From positions 687 to 64,686 of the forward strand of contig MHAK01000080.1 in assembly GCA_001802945.1 (NCBI GenBank): a DNA stretch of 64,000 nucleotides, read 5' to 3'. Position 1 is the first letter of the stretch. Every line of letters starts with the position of its first letter. The position numbers were made by a program, and so were the translations under genes. Positions 18,868-29,820 of the stretch are shown piece by piece. The DNA comes from Ignavibacteria bacterium RIFCSPLOWO2_12_FULL_56_21. Its GTDB lineage: Bacteria > Bacteroidota > Ignavibacteria > UBA10030. The notes below the pieces were generated by a model, which saw only the letters and a program-made list of their open reading frames with translations, was not told where the DNA came from and searched no databases.

Positions 18868-19137
18868 ATGGCATTGTTGAAGTCGCGCACGTGTTCGGTT
18901 TGCGGAAGAGCATACATTTGGAAGATAGAACGACCCGGTGACGGCTACTGGGACCGGTGGCGGAATGACGACGGCGACACGCTGTCGAGCTGGTTTGTGA
19001 CGAACAACCTGTGCTGGAACCATGCCTTCGAGCGCATGCCCGAACGGTTCCGGAGCCTGATTCGCACGGAATTCTATGAGGAGCCGGCCCCGTCAAGTGC
19101 TGCACAGGAACAGTCAGACAAAAGGAGCACACCGTGA
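18868..19137 (+). CDS. Small hypothetical protein with CxxC...CxxH motif
   Basis: GGAG 7 nt before ATG 18868; MALLKSRTCSVCGRAY...LCWNH; stop overlaps the fumarase GTG (GTGA). Confidence 0.6.
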   Translation: MALLKSRTCSVCGRAYIWKIERPGDGYWDRWRNDDGDTLSSWFVTNNLCWNHAFERMPERFRSLIRTEFYEEPAPSSAAQEQSDKRSTP

Positions 19138-20657
19138 AACTTTTCAAAGAAAGCATACTTCAGTTGATCACCGAGACATCGACGAATTTGCCCCCCGACG
19201 TCCGCCGCGCGTTGGTTCGCGCCACGGAAGTTGAGGACCCGGCTTCTCAGTCGGGGATGGCTCTTCAAATGATCGCCGTGAATGTCGATATGGCGTGCGA
19301 TCACAGCGGACCGATTTGCCAGGACACGGGAATGTTGACATTCGAGGTTCACACTCCGGTCGGAGCGAATCAGATCGTCATGCGCGCGCAGATCAGAGAG
19401 GCGGTCGCACAGGCGACAAAACTGGGAAAGCTCCGGCCGAATTCAGTCGATTCCATCACAGGCAAGAATAGCGGCGACAATCTCGGCCCGGGTACTCCCG
19501 TCATCCATTTCGAACAACACGAAAAAGACGAGATCGATGTGCGGTTGATCCTGAAGGGGGGAGGGTGCGAGAATAAGAACATTCAATATTCTGTGCCGAT
19601 CGAACTTCCTCATCTGGGCCGGGCTGATCGGACGCTTGAAGGAGTGCGCAAATGCATCATGCATGCCGTTTGGCAAGCCCAGGGACACGGGTGCAGCGTA
19701 GGAGCATTGGGAGTGGCCATCGGCGGCGACCGTGCGTCCGGTTACGCGTCTGCTAAGCAACAGCTCTTCCGGTCATTGGACGATGTCAATCCGAACCCCG
19801 AGCTCGCCGCGCTCGAGGAACGCATTGTACGCGACGCAAATTCCCTTGGCATCGGAACCATGGGATTCGGCGGTCGTGTGAGTCTGATCGGTTGCAAAAT
19901 CGGCGCATACAATCGACTGCCGGCAAGCTTCTTTGTATCCGTTGCTTATGACTGCTGGGCTTTTCGGCGGCTCGGCGTAGTTCTCGATGCGACGACGGGA
20001 AAGGTCCACCGATGGCTGTATAAAGATGACGGCTCCGTCGTACGGATGGCAAAGGCCAAAGGACTTCCGGCGACAGGCCGGGAGGTGCGCCTTACCACTC
20101 CGATATCTGAATCACAAGTGCGGAGTCTCCGTGTGGGGGACGTTGTCTTGCTGAACGGCAAGGTACATACCGGCAGAGATTCGCTTCATCACCACCTGCT
20201 TACGCACGAAGCTCCGGTGCCATTGAAGGACGGAGTGATCTATCACTGCGGACCGGTCGTTTTGAAAGAAGGGAATGGATGGAAAATGACCGCGGCGGGA
20301 CCGACGACAAGCATCCGTGAAGAGCCGTATCAGGCAGACATCCTCAGGAAATTCGGTGTTCGTGCGGTCATCGGGAAGGGAGGCATGGGAGCAAAGACTC
20401 TTGCGGCGCTTCAGGAAGTGGGCGCGGTGTACCTGAATGCGATCGGCGGAGCAGCGCAATTCTACGCGGAATGCGTGTCGAATGTCGACGGCGTCGATTT
20501 CCTCGAGTTCGGCATTCCCGAGGCAATGTGGCACATACATATTAAGGACTTCCCGGCAATTGTGACGATGGACGCCCACGGAAAGAGTTTGCATGCGGAG
20601 GTTGAAGCATCGTCTGCAATAAATCTGGAGAGTCTAAAGGAACCGGCGGTCCGCTAA
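19134..20657 (+). CDS. fumA: Class I (Fe-S) fumarate hydratase, fused alpha/beta
   Basis: PICQDTG, KGGGCEN, TGRD, AGPTTS.REEPY, GKGG, GGAA, D.HG.SL. Confidence 0.92.
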   Translation: MKLFKESILQLITETSTNLPPDVRRALVRATEVEDPASQSGMALQMIAVNVDMACDHSGPICQDTGMLTFEVHTPVGANQIVMRAQIREAVAQATKLGKLRPNSVDSITGKNSGDNLGPGTPVIHFEQHEKDEIDVRLILKGGGCENKNIQYSVPIELPHLGRADRTLEGVRKCIMHAVWQAQGHGCSVGALGVAIGGDRASGYASAKQQLFRSLDDVNPNPELAALEERIVRDANSLGIGTMGFGGRVSLIGCKIGAYNRLPASFFVSVAYDCWAFRRLGVVLDATTGKVHRWLYKDDGSVVRMAKAKGLPATGREVRLTTPISESQVRSLRVGDVVLLNGKVHTGRDSLHHHLLTHEAPVPLKDGVIYHCGPVVLKEGNGWKMTAAGPTTSIREEPYQADILRKFGVRAVIGKGGMGAKTLAALQEVGAVYLNAIGGAAQFYAECVSNVDGVDFLEFGIPEAMWHIHIKDFPAIVTMDAHGKSLHAEVEASSAINLESLKEPAVR

Positions 20658-20824
20658 TGTGACGACTACCTGAACCTACGATACGCCAACTGTCGCTGCA
20701 CACGTGACCGTTGGTTTTTTAGGTTGGTCCGCCGATAACCTTTCCGGGGCGTTCACGTATGCTGTGGGAGCTCCCTTCTTCCCACCATCCTCACGGTATT
20801 CCAAATTCTGCAATGGGCACTGCA

Positions 20825-21910
20825 ATGCGACAATTGGTGGACCTGTTTTCGAAAGGCATCTCTACAATTCAGTTTGAGAGATTTGTACGCCAGGAGATCC
20901 CGGGCGCATACAGCTTTTACCGTCGAGCGATGCGGCAGAACGAGCAGCCCGTCGGCCGCATCCGAAGCGCAATGCGGGTGACGTGGTATATCTTCCTGGC
21001 GTTCCTGGAAAAGCTCACGCCGGTTCGCCGAGTGCTGTATGGGGCCGCAATTGTTCTGTTCATTCTCTGGTGGACTGACGGTCCGACGTCGTACTCATTC
21101 TATGCGTTTGTCTTGCTGAATCTTCTGTTGGCCATGGAGGTGGCTGACAAGCTGGTGACAAAGAACGAGCTTGTCGTGGCCCGTGAGATACAGCTCAGCC
21201 TGCTGCCGCAGTCGCCTGCATGCCCGGCCGGTTGTGACATTGCAGCATATTCCGAAGTGGCGAATTCCGTCGGCGGCGACTACTACGATGCGATCCAGGT
21301 TCGCAACGGTTCCGTTCTGTACATTTTGGCGGATGTATCGGGAAAGGGAATCCCGGCAGCATTGTACACGGCTACAGTGCAAACGGCCTTGCGACTGTTT
21401 GCGGCCGAAATCGACCAGCCGCGTGAGCTGTTGGTCCGGCTGGATGCGTATTTGCGGGGCCAATTGCGGAAGGCATATTTTCTCACGATCGTGATCGCAC
21501 GCGTGGATGCGGATGGCACTGTGACGGTGTGCAGGGCCGGCCATCCAGGAGCCCTCTGGTATCGGTCGTCGGACAAGACCGTCCAGCCGATCAGACCGCA
21601 GGGGGCTGCCATTGGCCTTATCGTTCCGGGGGATGCTTCTGCAGAAAAGACCGTCCGTTCAACCCTGATGGAAGAGGTCGTTGTCATGGGACACCGGGAC
21701 GCGCTTGTGTTGCTGTCCGACGGTCTGCTTGAAGCGACGAACATGGAAGGGGGAGAATACGGTGAACCGCGCCTCTCTGGACTCTTGAAAGCATTTCCAG
21801 CCTCGACTGCGGAGGAGTGGAAGGAGAGAATCCTGGCGGATGTGCTTCAGTTTCGGAAGGGAGCTGACCTTCGTGACGACCTCACGGTCGTCGTCGTTCA
21901 TCGAGCGTAA
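20825..21910 (+). CDS. Membrane-anchored PP2C/SpoIIE-family Ser/Thr phosphatase
   Basis: AREIQLSLLP, VGGDYYD, ADVSGKG, RAGHP, SDGLLEA, DDLTVVV; two N-terminal TM segments. Confidence 0.9.
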   Translation: MRQLVDLFSKGISTIQFERFVRQEIPGAYSFYRRAMRQNEQPVGRIRSAMRVTWYIFLAFLEKLTPVRRVLYGAAIVLFILWWTDGPTSYSFYAFVLLNLLLAMEVADKLVTKNELVVAREIQLSLLPQSPACPAGCDIAAYSEVANSVGGDYYDAIQVRNGSVLYILADVSGKGIPAALYTATVQTALRLFAAEIDQPRELLVRLDAYLRGQLRKAYFLTIVIARVDADGTVTVCRAGHPGALWYRSSDKTVQPIRPQGAAIGLIVPGDASAEKTVRSTLMEEVVVMGHRDALVLLSDGLLEATNMEGGEYGEPRLSGLLKAFPASTAEEWKERILADVLQFRKGADLRDDLTVVVVHRA

Positions 21911-21920
21911 TGCAAAGTCC

Positions 21921-21949
21921 TTGAACATTCGGGTATTTGTGGCTATCTT
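21921..21949 (+). promoter_or_regulatory. sigma70-type promoter of tRNA-Thr
   Basis: TTGAAC-17 bp-TATCTT ending 11 nt before the tRNA. Confidence 0.55.
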
Positions 21950-21960
21950 GGTTCATTCTC

Positions 21961-22033
21961 GCTGGCGTAGCTCAGCTGGTAGAGCAGCTGATTCGTAATC
22001 AGCAGGTCGACGGTTCAAATCCGCCCGCCAGCT
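21961..22033 (+). tRNA. tRNA-Thr(CGT)
   Basis: Cloverleaf: GCTGGCG/CGCCAGC acceptor, GCTC/GAGC D-stem, GCTGA-TTCGTAA-TCAGC anticodon arm, GGTTCAAATCC T-arm; CCA not encoded. Confidence 0.95.
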
Positions 22034-22053
22034 CATCGTCGCACAAGAGTGCA

Positions 22054-22141
22054 AGGTCGACGGTTTCCGACCCGTCGCGAAGCGACGGGTCGAGATCTCG
22101 TCCCCGCATAGCGGGGACGGACAAATCCGCCCGCCAGCTCA
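22054..22141 (+). repeat. Second copy of tRNA-Thr 3' half, interrupted by a 56-bp double-hairpin insert
   Basis: 22004-22035 reappears as 22054-22065 plus 22122-22141; the insert is 22066-22121. Confidence 0.85.
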
Positions 22142-22146
22142 ACCCA

Positions 22147-22172
22147 AAGAATCCGCTTCGGCGGATTTTTTG
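22147..22172 (+). terminator. Intrinsic terminator after tRNA-Thr locus
   Basis: aatccgc-ttcg-gcggatt followed by a T-run. Confidence 0.8.
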
Positions 22173-22213
22173 TTCCTGCCGTTGGAAATCAGGCTGTTTT
22201 TGGCTATTTTTAA

Positions 22214-23677
<1,464 letters not shown>

Positions 23678-23680
23678 GAC

Positions 23681-24091
23681 ATGGCAGAGAAGAGCTTCCA
23701 TTTGGAGATTGTCACACCCCGTCGGATCGTCTACAATGCGCCCGCGGTCAGCTTCAGCGCCCCTGGAACAATCGGTGGATTTCAGGTACTCTACAATCAC
23801 GCACCGTTGGTTTCTTCCCTCCGGGTGGGGGATGTCAAGGTCATTGAGCAGGATGGGAAGGAGATCCACTATGCAACCAGCGGTGGATTTGTTGAAGTAC
23901 GCGACAATCGTGTGACGCTGCTTGCGGAGACCGCTGAAAGGTCGGACGAAATAGACGTGGCGCGCGCCCAGGCGGCTCACGATCGGGCTGCAAAACGGTT
24001 GTCGAAAGGAGAGAGTGATGTCGATGTGGAACGGGCACGTGCGGCCCTAGCCCGGGCACTCAATCGGCTCCGGATCTCGGAAGTGCAATGA
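23681..24091 (+). CDS. atpC: F0F1 ATP synthase subunit epsilon
   Basis: LEIVTP, GFQVLYNHAPL, SGGFVEV, EIDVARA...RALNRL. Confidence 0.96.
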   Translation: MAEKSFHLEIVTPRRIVYNAPAVSFSAPGTIGGFQVLYNHAPLVSSLRVGDVKVIEQDGKEIHYATSGGFVEVRDNRVTLLAETAERSDEIDVARAQAAHDRAAKRLSKGESDVDVERARAALARALNRLRISEVQ

Positions 24092-24097
24092 CGTGCA

Positions 24098-24136
24098 GAA
24101 ACCCCCGACTGTCCGGACATCGGGGGTTTCGCTTTT
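24098..24136 (+). terminator. Intrinsic terminator after atpC
   Basis: gaaacccccga...tcgggggtttc hairpin followed by gctttt. Confidence 0.7.
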
Positions 24137-24149
24137 CGAGGACTTCTCG

Positions 24150-24178
24150 TTGACATTCGCGGGTCCGCGGGGTATATT
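24150..24178 (+). promoter_or_regulatory. sigma70 promoter of alr operon
   Basis: TTGACA-17 bp-TATATT. Confidence 0.7.
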
Positions 24179-24211
24179 TGCCCTGATTCTCATGGCTTTC
24201 TACAGGATCTG

Positions 24212-25333
24212 ATGCATCGCCCTTCCAGGCCTACCTTCGCAGAGATCCACCTTCCGGCCCTCGCCTCCAATCTGCAGGCCATACAGCATCACGTGTCACC
24301 CGGAACCATCGTGATGGCCGTGGTGAAGGCCAATGCATACGGCCATGGCATGTTGCCCGTAGCCTCGTATCTGGAAAAGCACGGAGCAAAGTATTTCGGC
24401 GTCGCGTTCGCCGAGGAAGGAGCGACGCTTCGAGCGGCAGGAGTGCGGTTGCCGATCCACGTGTTCGCAATCTCGGTCGGCGAACAGGCCGCATTGTGTG
24501 TCCGGCACCGACTAGAACCCACACTTGCGTCGCTCGATTCTGTTGAAGCGATCCGCAGGGCTGCGGAACGGTCGCGACGCACCGTCGATGTGCACATCAA
24601 AGTGGAAACGGGAATGAATCGCATAGGCGTTCGGCCCGAAGAACTTACACCGTTTCTGCGCGCGCTGGGAAAATCCCGAAGGCTTCGTGTCAAAGGCGTG
24701 TATACGCATTTTGCGACCGCGGATGTTCCCGGATCGGCTTTCGTTGGCATCCAGTTGAAACGATTTCATGAGTTTCTCGAAAAGGTCCGGCAGGCGGGCA
24801 TTGAGCCCGAACTGGTGCATGCCGCCAATTCGGGCGCGATCCTGTTTCGGGCCGACGCCGAATTCTCGATGGTTCGGGCGGGCATTCTGACATACGGATA
24901 TTCCCCGTCATTCCGGGAGAATCTTTCTCTCCGCGTTCGTCCGGCCATGTCACTGCGGACTTCCGTTGTGCAGGTCAAGCGCATCAAAGCCGGCGAATCG
25001 GTAAGTTACGGACGACGCTTCAGGTCCCGGAGCGGGACAACGATCGCAACACTGCCGATCGGATATGGCGATGGATTGTTTCGTTCCTTGACGTCAAAAG
25101 CATCCGTGCTTCTTCATGGCGTTCACCGCCCGATCGTCGGCACAATCTGTATGGATCAATGTATGGCGGATTGCGGGACTCTGGATATCAGCACAGGCGA
25201 TGACGTGGTGGTGATCGGGCGTCAACGCACTTCCACAATCACAGCATGGGACGTGGCGCGACAGGCAGGGACGATCCCGTATGAGATCACCTGCGCCGTT
25301 TCCGCACGGGTCCCGAGGGTCTATATGTCATGA
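24212..25333 (+). CDS. alr: Alanine racemase
   Basis: AVVKANAYGHG (PLP Lys), HIKVETGMNRIG, GYGDG, GTICMDQ, GTIPYE. Confidence 0.97.
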   Translation: MHRPSRPTFAEIHLPALASNLQAIQHHVSPGTIVMAVVKANAYGHGMLPVASYLEKHGAKYFGVAFAEEGATLRAAGVRLPIHVFAISVGEQAALCVRHRLEPTLASLDSVEAIRRAAERSRRTVDVHIKVETGMNRIGVRPEELTPFLRALGKSRRLRVKGVYTHFATADVPGSAFVGIQLKRFHEFLEKVRQAGIEPELVHAANSGAILFRADAEFSMVRAGILTYGYSPSFRENLSLRVRPAMSLRTSVVQVKRIKAGESVSYGRRFRSRSGTTIATLPIGYGDGLFRSLTSKASVLLHGVHRPIVGTICMDQCMADCGTLDISTGDDVVVIGRQRTSTITAWDVARQAGTIPYEITCAVSARVPRVYMS

Positions 25334-26160
25334 CGCGCGTGCAACAGTACCTGGACATAATTTTCGAGCGATTTCCTGTCGGAGAATTGGGTGGCGGGGA
25401 TGCGCGCGATACATTTGAGCGTCTGCGTAGTCACTGTGCCGGGACGGACAACCTGTCCGGGGAACTCCAGCGGTTATATCGCGTCGACAAGTGTGACGAC
25501 CTGGCTCTTGGTCTTCTCTGGGTGACACAGCTGGTCGAAGCCGATCCCACGAAATCGGAACCGACAGAAGCAGAAGAGGAGGTTCTTTTTCCTGCGCTGC
25601 GAAAGAGTCTGGGGTTGGTGCAATCGGAATTGCCGTCGTGGGAAAGTCCGCCGACCGTCGCCAGTGCGCCGGAGCAGACGACAGAGTTCGCGAGCGCTCC
25701 TGCGGTTTCCGAAGAGCCGTCGTTGTCCGGTGGATTTGAGCCTCCTGTGGCTCAGGAAGAACAGTCCCCTGAACCCATGATGACCGACTCGACCGCAACG
25801 GGAGGTTCGGGAGCTGTCGATACATCATCCTTCGGTAAGCAACTGGAACAGTTCATGGAAGCCATCCAGGGTGGAACGGACGACCGGGCCCCGATGCTCG
25901 AACAGATCACGTCGAGTTGTGAGGTTCTCAGCGCGGACACGGGGACGCCGGATGATGTTCGCCACTACATCGAAAATCTCAAAGAGTTCCTGGCGTATAT
26001 CTCGGAAAATCAGTTGCTCGACGATGTGCGGGTCATGAATCTCGTGACAAACATTCAGGATCCTTTCGCCCAGTGGATGCTGGCCGCGGAAGGCGAGAGG
26101 ATCGGGATACTGGACCAGGCAACAGAGCTTTTGCGTGATTTTCGCACAATGTTCGAATAA
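25330..26160 (+). CDS. Hypothetical acidic protein
   Basis: 276-aa ORF overlapping the alr stop (ATGA); two helical-looking regions joined by an E/S/P/T-rich linker. Confidence 0.75.
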   Translation: MTRVQQYLDIIFERFPVGELGGGDARDTFERLRSHCAGTDNLSGELQRLYRVDKCDDLALGLLWVTQLVEADPTKSEPTEAEEEVLFPALRKSLGLVQSELPSWESPPTVASAPEQTTEFASAPAVSEEPSLSGGFEPPVAQEEQSPEPMMTDSTATGGSGAVDTSSFGKQLEQFMEAIQGGTDDRAPMLEQITSSCEVLSADTGTPDDVRHYIENLKEFLAYISENQLLDDVRVMNLVTNIQDPFAQWMLAAEGERIGILDQATELLRDFRTMFE

Positions 26161-26172
26161 CCGGATACCCGC

Positions 26173-27258
26173 ATGTCACACGTGTATGCCGTCATAATGG
26201 CCGGGGGCGTCGGCTCCCGATTCTGGCCCAAAAGCCGGGAACGTACGCCGAAACAATTCCTCGACATTCTTGGCGGCGGGTCGATGATACAACAGACGGT
26301 GCGTAGGCTGGAATCCCTGATTCCGCCGATGAATACACTCGTGGTGACGAACATCTTCCATCAAGATTTGCTGCGTCGGGAACTGCCGTTCCTGCCGTCT
26401 GAGAATCTGCTCGTGGAGCCGGTGGGCAGAAACACAGCCCCCTGTATTGGACTGGCGGCGCTGTGGGTGCATCGTATGGATCCTAACGGCGTCATGGTGG
26501 TGTTGCCGTCAGACCACATGATTCGCGATGAAGCGGAATTCCTCAGGAAGATTACGACGGCCGTGGACGTTGCCGAACAATCGCGGGGCTTGCTAACGAT
26601 CGGCATCGCCCCGACTCACCCGGAGACGGGGTACGGCTACATCCAATTCGACGAATCAGCGGAACACAACCCCTACACGGACAAAGGCGTTTTCCGGGTT
26701 AAGACGTTCGCCGAAAAGCCCATCATTGAAACGGCCGAACGGTTCCTCGCAAGCGGGGATTTTCTCTGGAACAGCGGCATGTTCGTTTGGCGTGCGGACG
26801 TGATCCTGAAAGAGATCGGCATTCATCTTCCGGAATTGTATGCGAATCTGGAGGAGGTCAAACTGACCCTGACAACTCCGGCATACCGCGCGACCCTCGA
26901 ACAGGCGTTCGGAAAGATCAAGGGGATCTCGATCGATTACGGCGTTATGGAGCGGGCATCGAACGTGTTCGTTGTCCGCGGCGATTTCGGCTGGAGCGAC
27001 GTCGGCTCGTGGGACGAGGTCGCCCGTCTGTCCAACGGGTCCCCCGACGGCAATGCCTCAAAAGGAACGGTCATTCTCCGGGATGTTTCCGGTTCGTACG
27101 TAGATGCTGGATCAAAGGTCGTCGCGGCAATCGGAGTCGAGGATCTGATCATCATTGCGACAGATTCAGCCGTCCTGGTCTGCAAAAAGGGCCGTTCGCA
27201 GGAAGTGAAGGAGATCGTCGATTACCTGCGTCGAAAGCAGATGAATGAACATATCTAA
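26173..27258 (+). CDS. manC: Mannose-1-phosphate guanylyltransferase
   Basis: [61 protein letters not shown]. Confidence 0.95.
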   Translation: MSHVYAVIMAGGVGSRFWPKSRERTPKQFLDILGGGSMIQQTVRRLESLIPPMNTLVVTNIFHQDLLRRELPFLPSENLLVEPVGRNTAPCIGLAALWVHRMDPNGVMVVLPSDHMIRDEAEFLRKITTAVDVAEQSRGLLTIGIAPTHPETGYGYIQFDESAEHNPYTDKGVFRVKTFAEKPIIETAERFLASGDFLWNSGMFVWRADVILKEIGIHLPELYANLEEVKLTLTTPAYRATLEQAFGKIKGISIDYGVMERASNVFVVRGDFGWSDVGSWDEVARLSNGSPDGNASKGTVILRDVSGSYVDAGSKVVAAIGVEDLIIIATDSAVLVCKKGRSQEVKEIVDYLRRKQMNEHI

Positions 27259-27733
27259 GCAGGCAGGCATTGCCTTGATGATGATCGGTATATTCGCGAC
27301 TCTGGACTGTTCGACGTCGCCCAGGTTTACGAAGGGGGGAGAACAAACCGCAACGAGCGTATCGGGGGAGCATTCATCCACTTCTGCGCGGAGGACGTCA
27401 TCAAAGTCGTTGCTGACGCTGGAGGGGGTCGCGTCCTATTATGCAGACGACTTTCACGGGAAGCAGGCTGCGAACGGCGAAACGTTCGACATGAACGATC
27501 TCACGGCAGCGCACAGAACGTTCCCGTTTGGAACACGGGTGAGGGTGACGAATCTTGCGAACGGCAAAGTCGTTGTCGTGCGGGTGAATGACAGAGGTCC
27601 ATTCAAAGAAGGCCGCATCATTGATCTGTCGCGTGGGGCCGCACGAAAGATCGATCTCATTCAAACAGGTACGACGAAAGTTCGACTGGAAGTTCTGCAG
27701 TGGGGCGACGGAACGTTATACCACAAGAAGTGA
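27245..27733 (+). CDS. rlpA: Septal ring lytic transglycosylase RlpA family lipoprotein
   Basis: [43 protein letters not shown]. Confidence 0.92.
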   Translation: MNISKQAGIALMMIGIFATLDCSTSPRFTKGGEQTATSVSGEHSSTSARRTSSKSLLTLEGVASYYADDFHGKQAANGETFDMNDLTAAHRTFPFGTRVRVTNLANGKVVVVRVNDRGPFKEGRIIDLSRGAARKIDLIQTGTTKVRLEVLQWGDGTLYHKK

Positions 27734-27737
27734 GAAC

Positions 27738-28412
27738 GTGCCGAAACAGCTCATCACGGAGGAAGATGTTCGCCAGGCCGCCCGAAAAGGTCTCCGAGCC
27801 ATTCCGCTCGCTGCGGGCGCAGTTGTCACGCCGTCTGCGCGCGATGCGGCAGGGGCACTTGGGATTGCATTAACGGCAGAGGCAAAAGCCTCAAAGGAGG
27901 CGTCTCCAGGATCTGTCGACCCAGTCGTCCACGCACCGACCTCTTCAGTTCCCAAAGGAAGCGGCATGGTCGTCGCTCTCGGGGCCGACCATGGCGGATT
28001 CCGCCTGAAAGAGGAATTGCGGCCGTATCTCCTTGCCGGCGGCCATACGGTGATCGATGTCGGCACTCATTCTGACGCGCCCTGTGACTATCCGGATATT
28101 GCGTACGCAGTGGCAAAACTCATTATTGATGGGAAAGCGGACCGGGGGATCGTGATCGATGCGATTGGAAACGCTTCGGCCATAGCTGCGAACAAAGTTC
28201 CCGGCATTCGGGCGGCATGTTGCGGGAATGAGATGGCGGCACGAAGCAGCAGGGAACACAACGATGCAAACGTTCTAGCTTTGGGCGGACGGGTGATGGG
28301 CGGCGAGTTGGCCAAAGCTATCACTCTGGCTTGGCTAACGACTTGGTTCGGTGGCGGACGTCACGCGCAACGTCTGAAAAAGATCACTGACATCGAACAC
28401 AGATTCCTTTGA
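27738..28412 (+). CDS. rpiB: RpiB/LacA/LacB-family sugar-phosphate isomerase with N-terminal extension
   Basis: GADHGG, DYPD, AANKVPGIRAA, SREHNDANVL, F.GGRH..R; start GTG 27738. Confidence 0.85.
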   Translation: MPKQLITEEDVRQAARKGLRAIPLAAGAVVTPSARDAAGALGIALTAEAKASKEASPGSVDPVVHAPTSSVPKGSGMVVALGADHGGFRLKEELRPYLLAGGHTVIDVGTHSDAPCDYPDIAYAVAKLIIDGKADRGIVIDAIGNASAIAANKVPGIRAACCGNEMAARSSREHNDANVLALGGRVMGGELAKAITLAWLTTWFGGGRHAQRLKKITDIEHRFL

Positions 28413-28437
28413 GGGGATGAGCATACTTCCGAATTGT

Positions 28438-28671
28438 ATGAAGATCAGCGTTCTGGCTAAACCGGGATCAAAAAAAAATGGGGTAGAGGAGAATGGTGAC
28501 GGGGTCTGGGTCGTTCGAGTGCGGGTAAGGGCGGCTGATGGGAAGGCAAATGACGCGATCCGAGAGGTCCTCGCCGATCATTTTGGATGTCGGGCTCGGG
28601 AAGTCGAGATCATCTCAGGTTTCAAGTCCCACCACAAGATTGTTGAAATTCCTAACAATCTCCTCCAGTAG
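28438..28671 (+). CDS. DUF167 (YggU) family protein
   Basis: ISVLAKPGSK...DGKAN....LADHF......IISG.KS..K.V. Confidence 0.85.
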   Translation: MKISVLAKPGSKKNGVEENGDGVWVVRVRVRAADGKANDAIREVLADHFGCRAREVEIISGFKSHHKIVEIPNNLLQ

Positions 28672-28876
28672 GTTCGATTCCTCCTTTCGTTGGCGATTAG
28701 TTCTTCCTGCGTTCATTAGCTTTGATTTATGCGACACACATTTCAGATGTCGATGGCGATTTTCGTCGAATTTCGAGGACATGGGCATATGAGAGGGGTT
28801 CTCAGTTGAATTTGACCCGCCGATTGCGTAGGTTTGAACTATAAGTAACGACAGTTCCATCACTGAGAGGAAGCGA

Positions 28877-29605
28877 ATGAGAAGCGTCTTGAAGTTGGGG
28901 TTGTCAGTGCTATGCTCGTTCGTTCTTTATGGATGTTTTCAGACGCCATCGACATCTGAGTTTCTTTCAAAGGAAAGAACTCCAGATGACGAAATGGCAG
29001 GAATTGCCGTTACGGAATCGCAGCCGAACGTAGAATTTGGATTGTCTGCCCGCAGCTCCCGGTTTACTCCAATTGTTAAGAAATACGCTGAAAAGTATGG
29101 AGTAGATTGGGTTCTGGTTCTCGCTGTAATGAAGCAGGAGTCGAGTTTTAACCATGCCGCTGTCAGTCGCAAGGGGGCGTATGGGCTCATGCAGATCATG
29201 CCCCATACGAGGTCCGAACTTGAAGATCGCCTGGGTGTCCGTGAGTCCCTCAGTCCGAAGAACAACATTAGAGCCGGTATCTATCACTTGAGGAGGCTCT
29301 CTTACGTCTTTCGAGAGTCGACGCCCGAAAACAGAATAAAGCTGACGCTAGCCGCATATAACGCTGGACTCACGCGCCTCAAAGATGCCCAAGACATCGT
29401 TCGATATCTTGGAGATGACCCAAAATCATGGGAATCTGTGAGGTCGGCCCTTCCCCTCCTTTCCCGAAGATACTATACTCTCCACCAGGAAGTTTGGCCC
29501 CAAGGCAAGCCGAAAAGCGGTTACTTTGGGAATTCCCGGGAAACTATCTCTTATGTTGATAGAATTCTGGAAAACTATGGAGAGTATACTCTCGCCATAA
29601 AATGA
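28877..29605 (+). CDS. Lytic transglycosylase SLT domain lipoprotein (MltF-like catalytic domain)
   Basis: Lipobox LYG/C; QESSF, GAYGLMQIMP, AAYNAG, ETISYV. Confidence 0.88.
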   Translation: MRSVLKLGLSVLCSFVLYGCFQTPSTSEFLSKERTPDDEMAGIAVTESQPNVEFGLSARSSRFTPIVKKYAEKYGVDWVLVLAVMKQESSFNHAAVSRKGAYGLMQIMPHTRSELEDRLGVRESLSPKNNIRAGIYHLRRLSYVFRESTPENRIKLTLAAYNAGLTRLKDAQDIVRYLGDDPKSWESVRSALPLLSRRYYTLHQEVWPQGKPKSGYFGNSRETISYVDRILENYGEYTLAIK

Positions 29606-29703
29606 CAAGCAGGGGCCTGTTTCTACGGACTGGCTCTTTTTAACCCATGGGTTTTAAGTGGGTTAGAATCCAGTCTTGACATTAGACTTTACCCCAAAGC
29701 CAC

Positions 29704-29732
29704 TTGACATTGAAATCTCGTCAGGATATATT
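29704..29732 (+). promoter_or_regulatory. sigma70 promoter
   Basis: TTGACA-17 bp-TATATT. Confidence 0.7.
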
Positions 29733-29820
29733 TGTCCCGGAAAATGCGGTTCATGAAGTCTTGGTTGCCGCTGTTCCAGTCCACCATTTTCACAAACATC
29801 CACACATAGGAGGTTGCTTT

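Noticed and set aside
22036-22141. Second functional tRNA or intact genomic island
   Set aside because: No 5' acceptor strand, D-arm or anticodon arm, and no integrase or cargo genes.
28417-29700. Apparently AT-richer stretch suggesting horizontal transfer
   Set aside because: Impression by eye only; the genes are ordinary and there are no mobility genes or flanking repeats.
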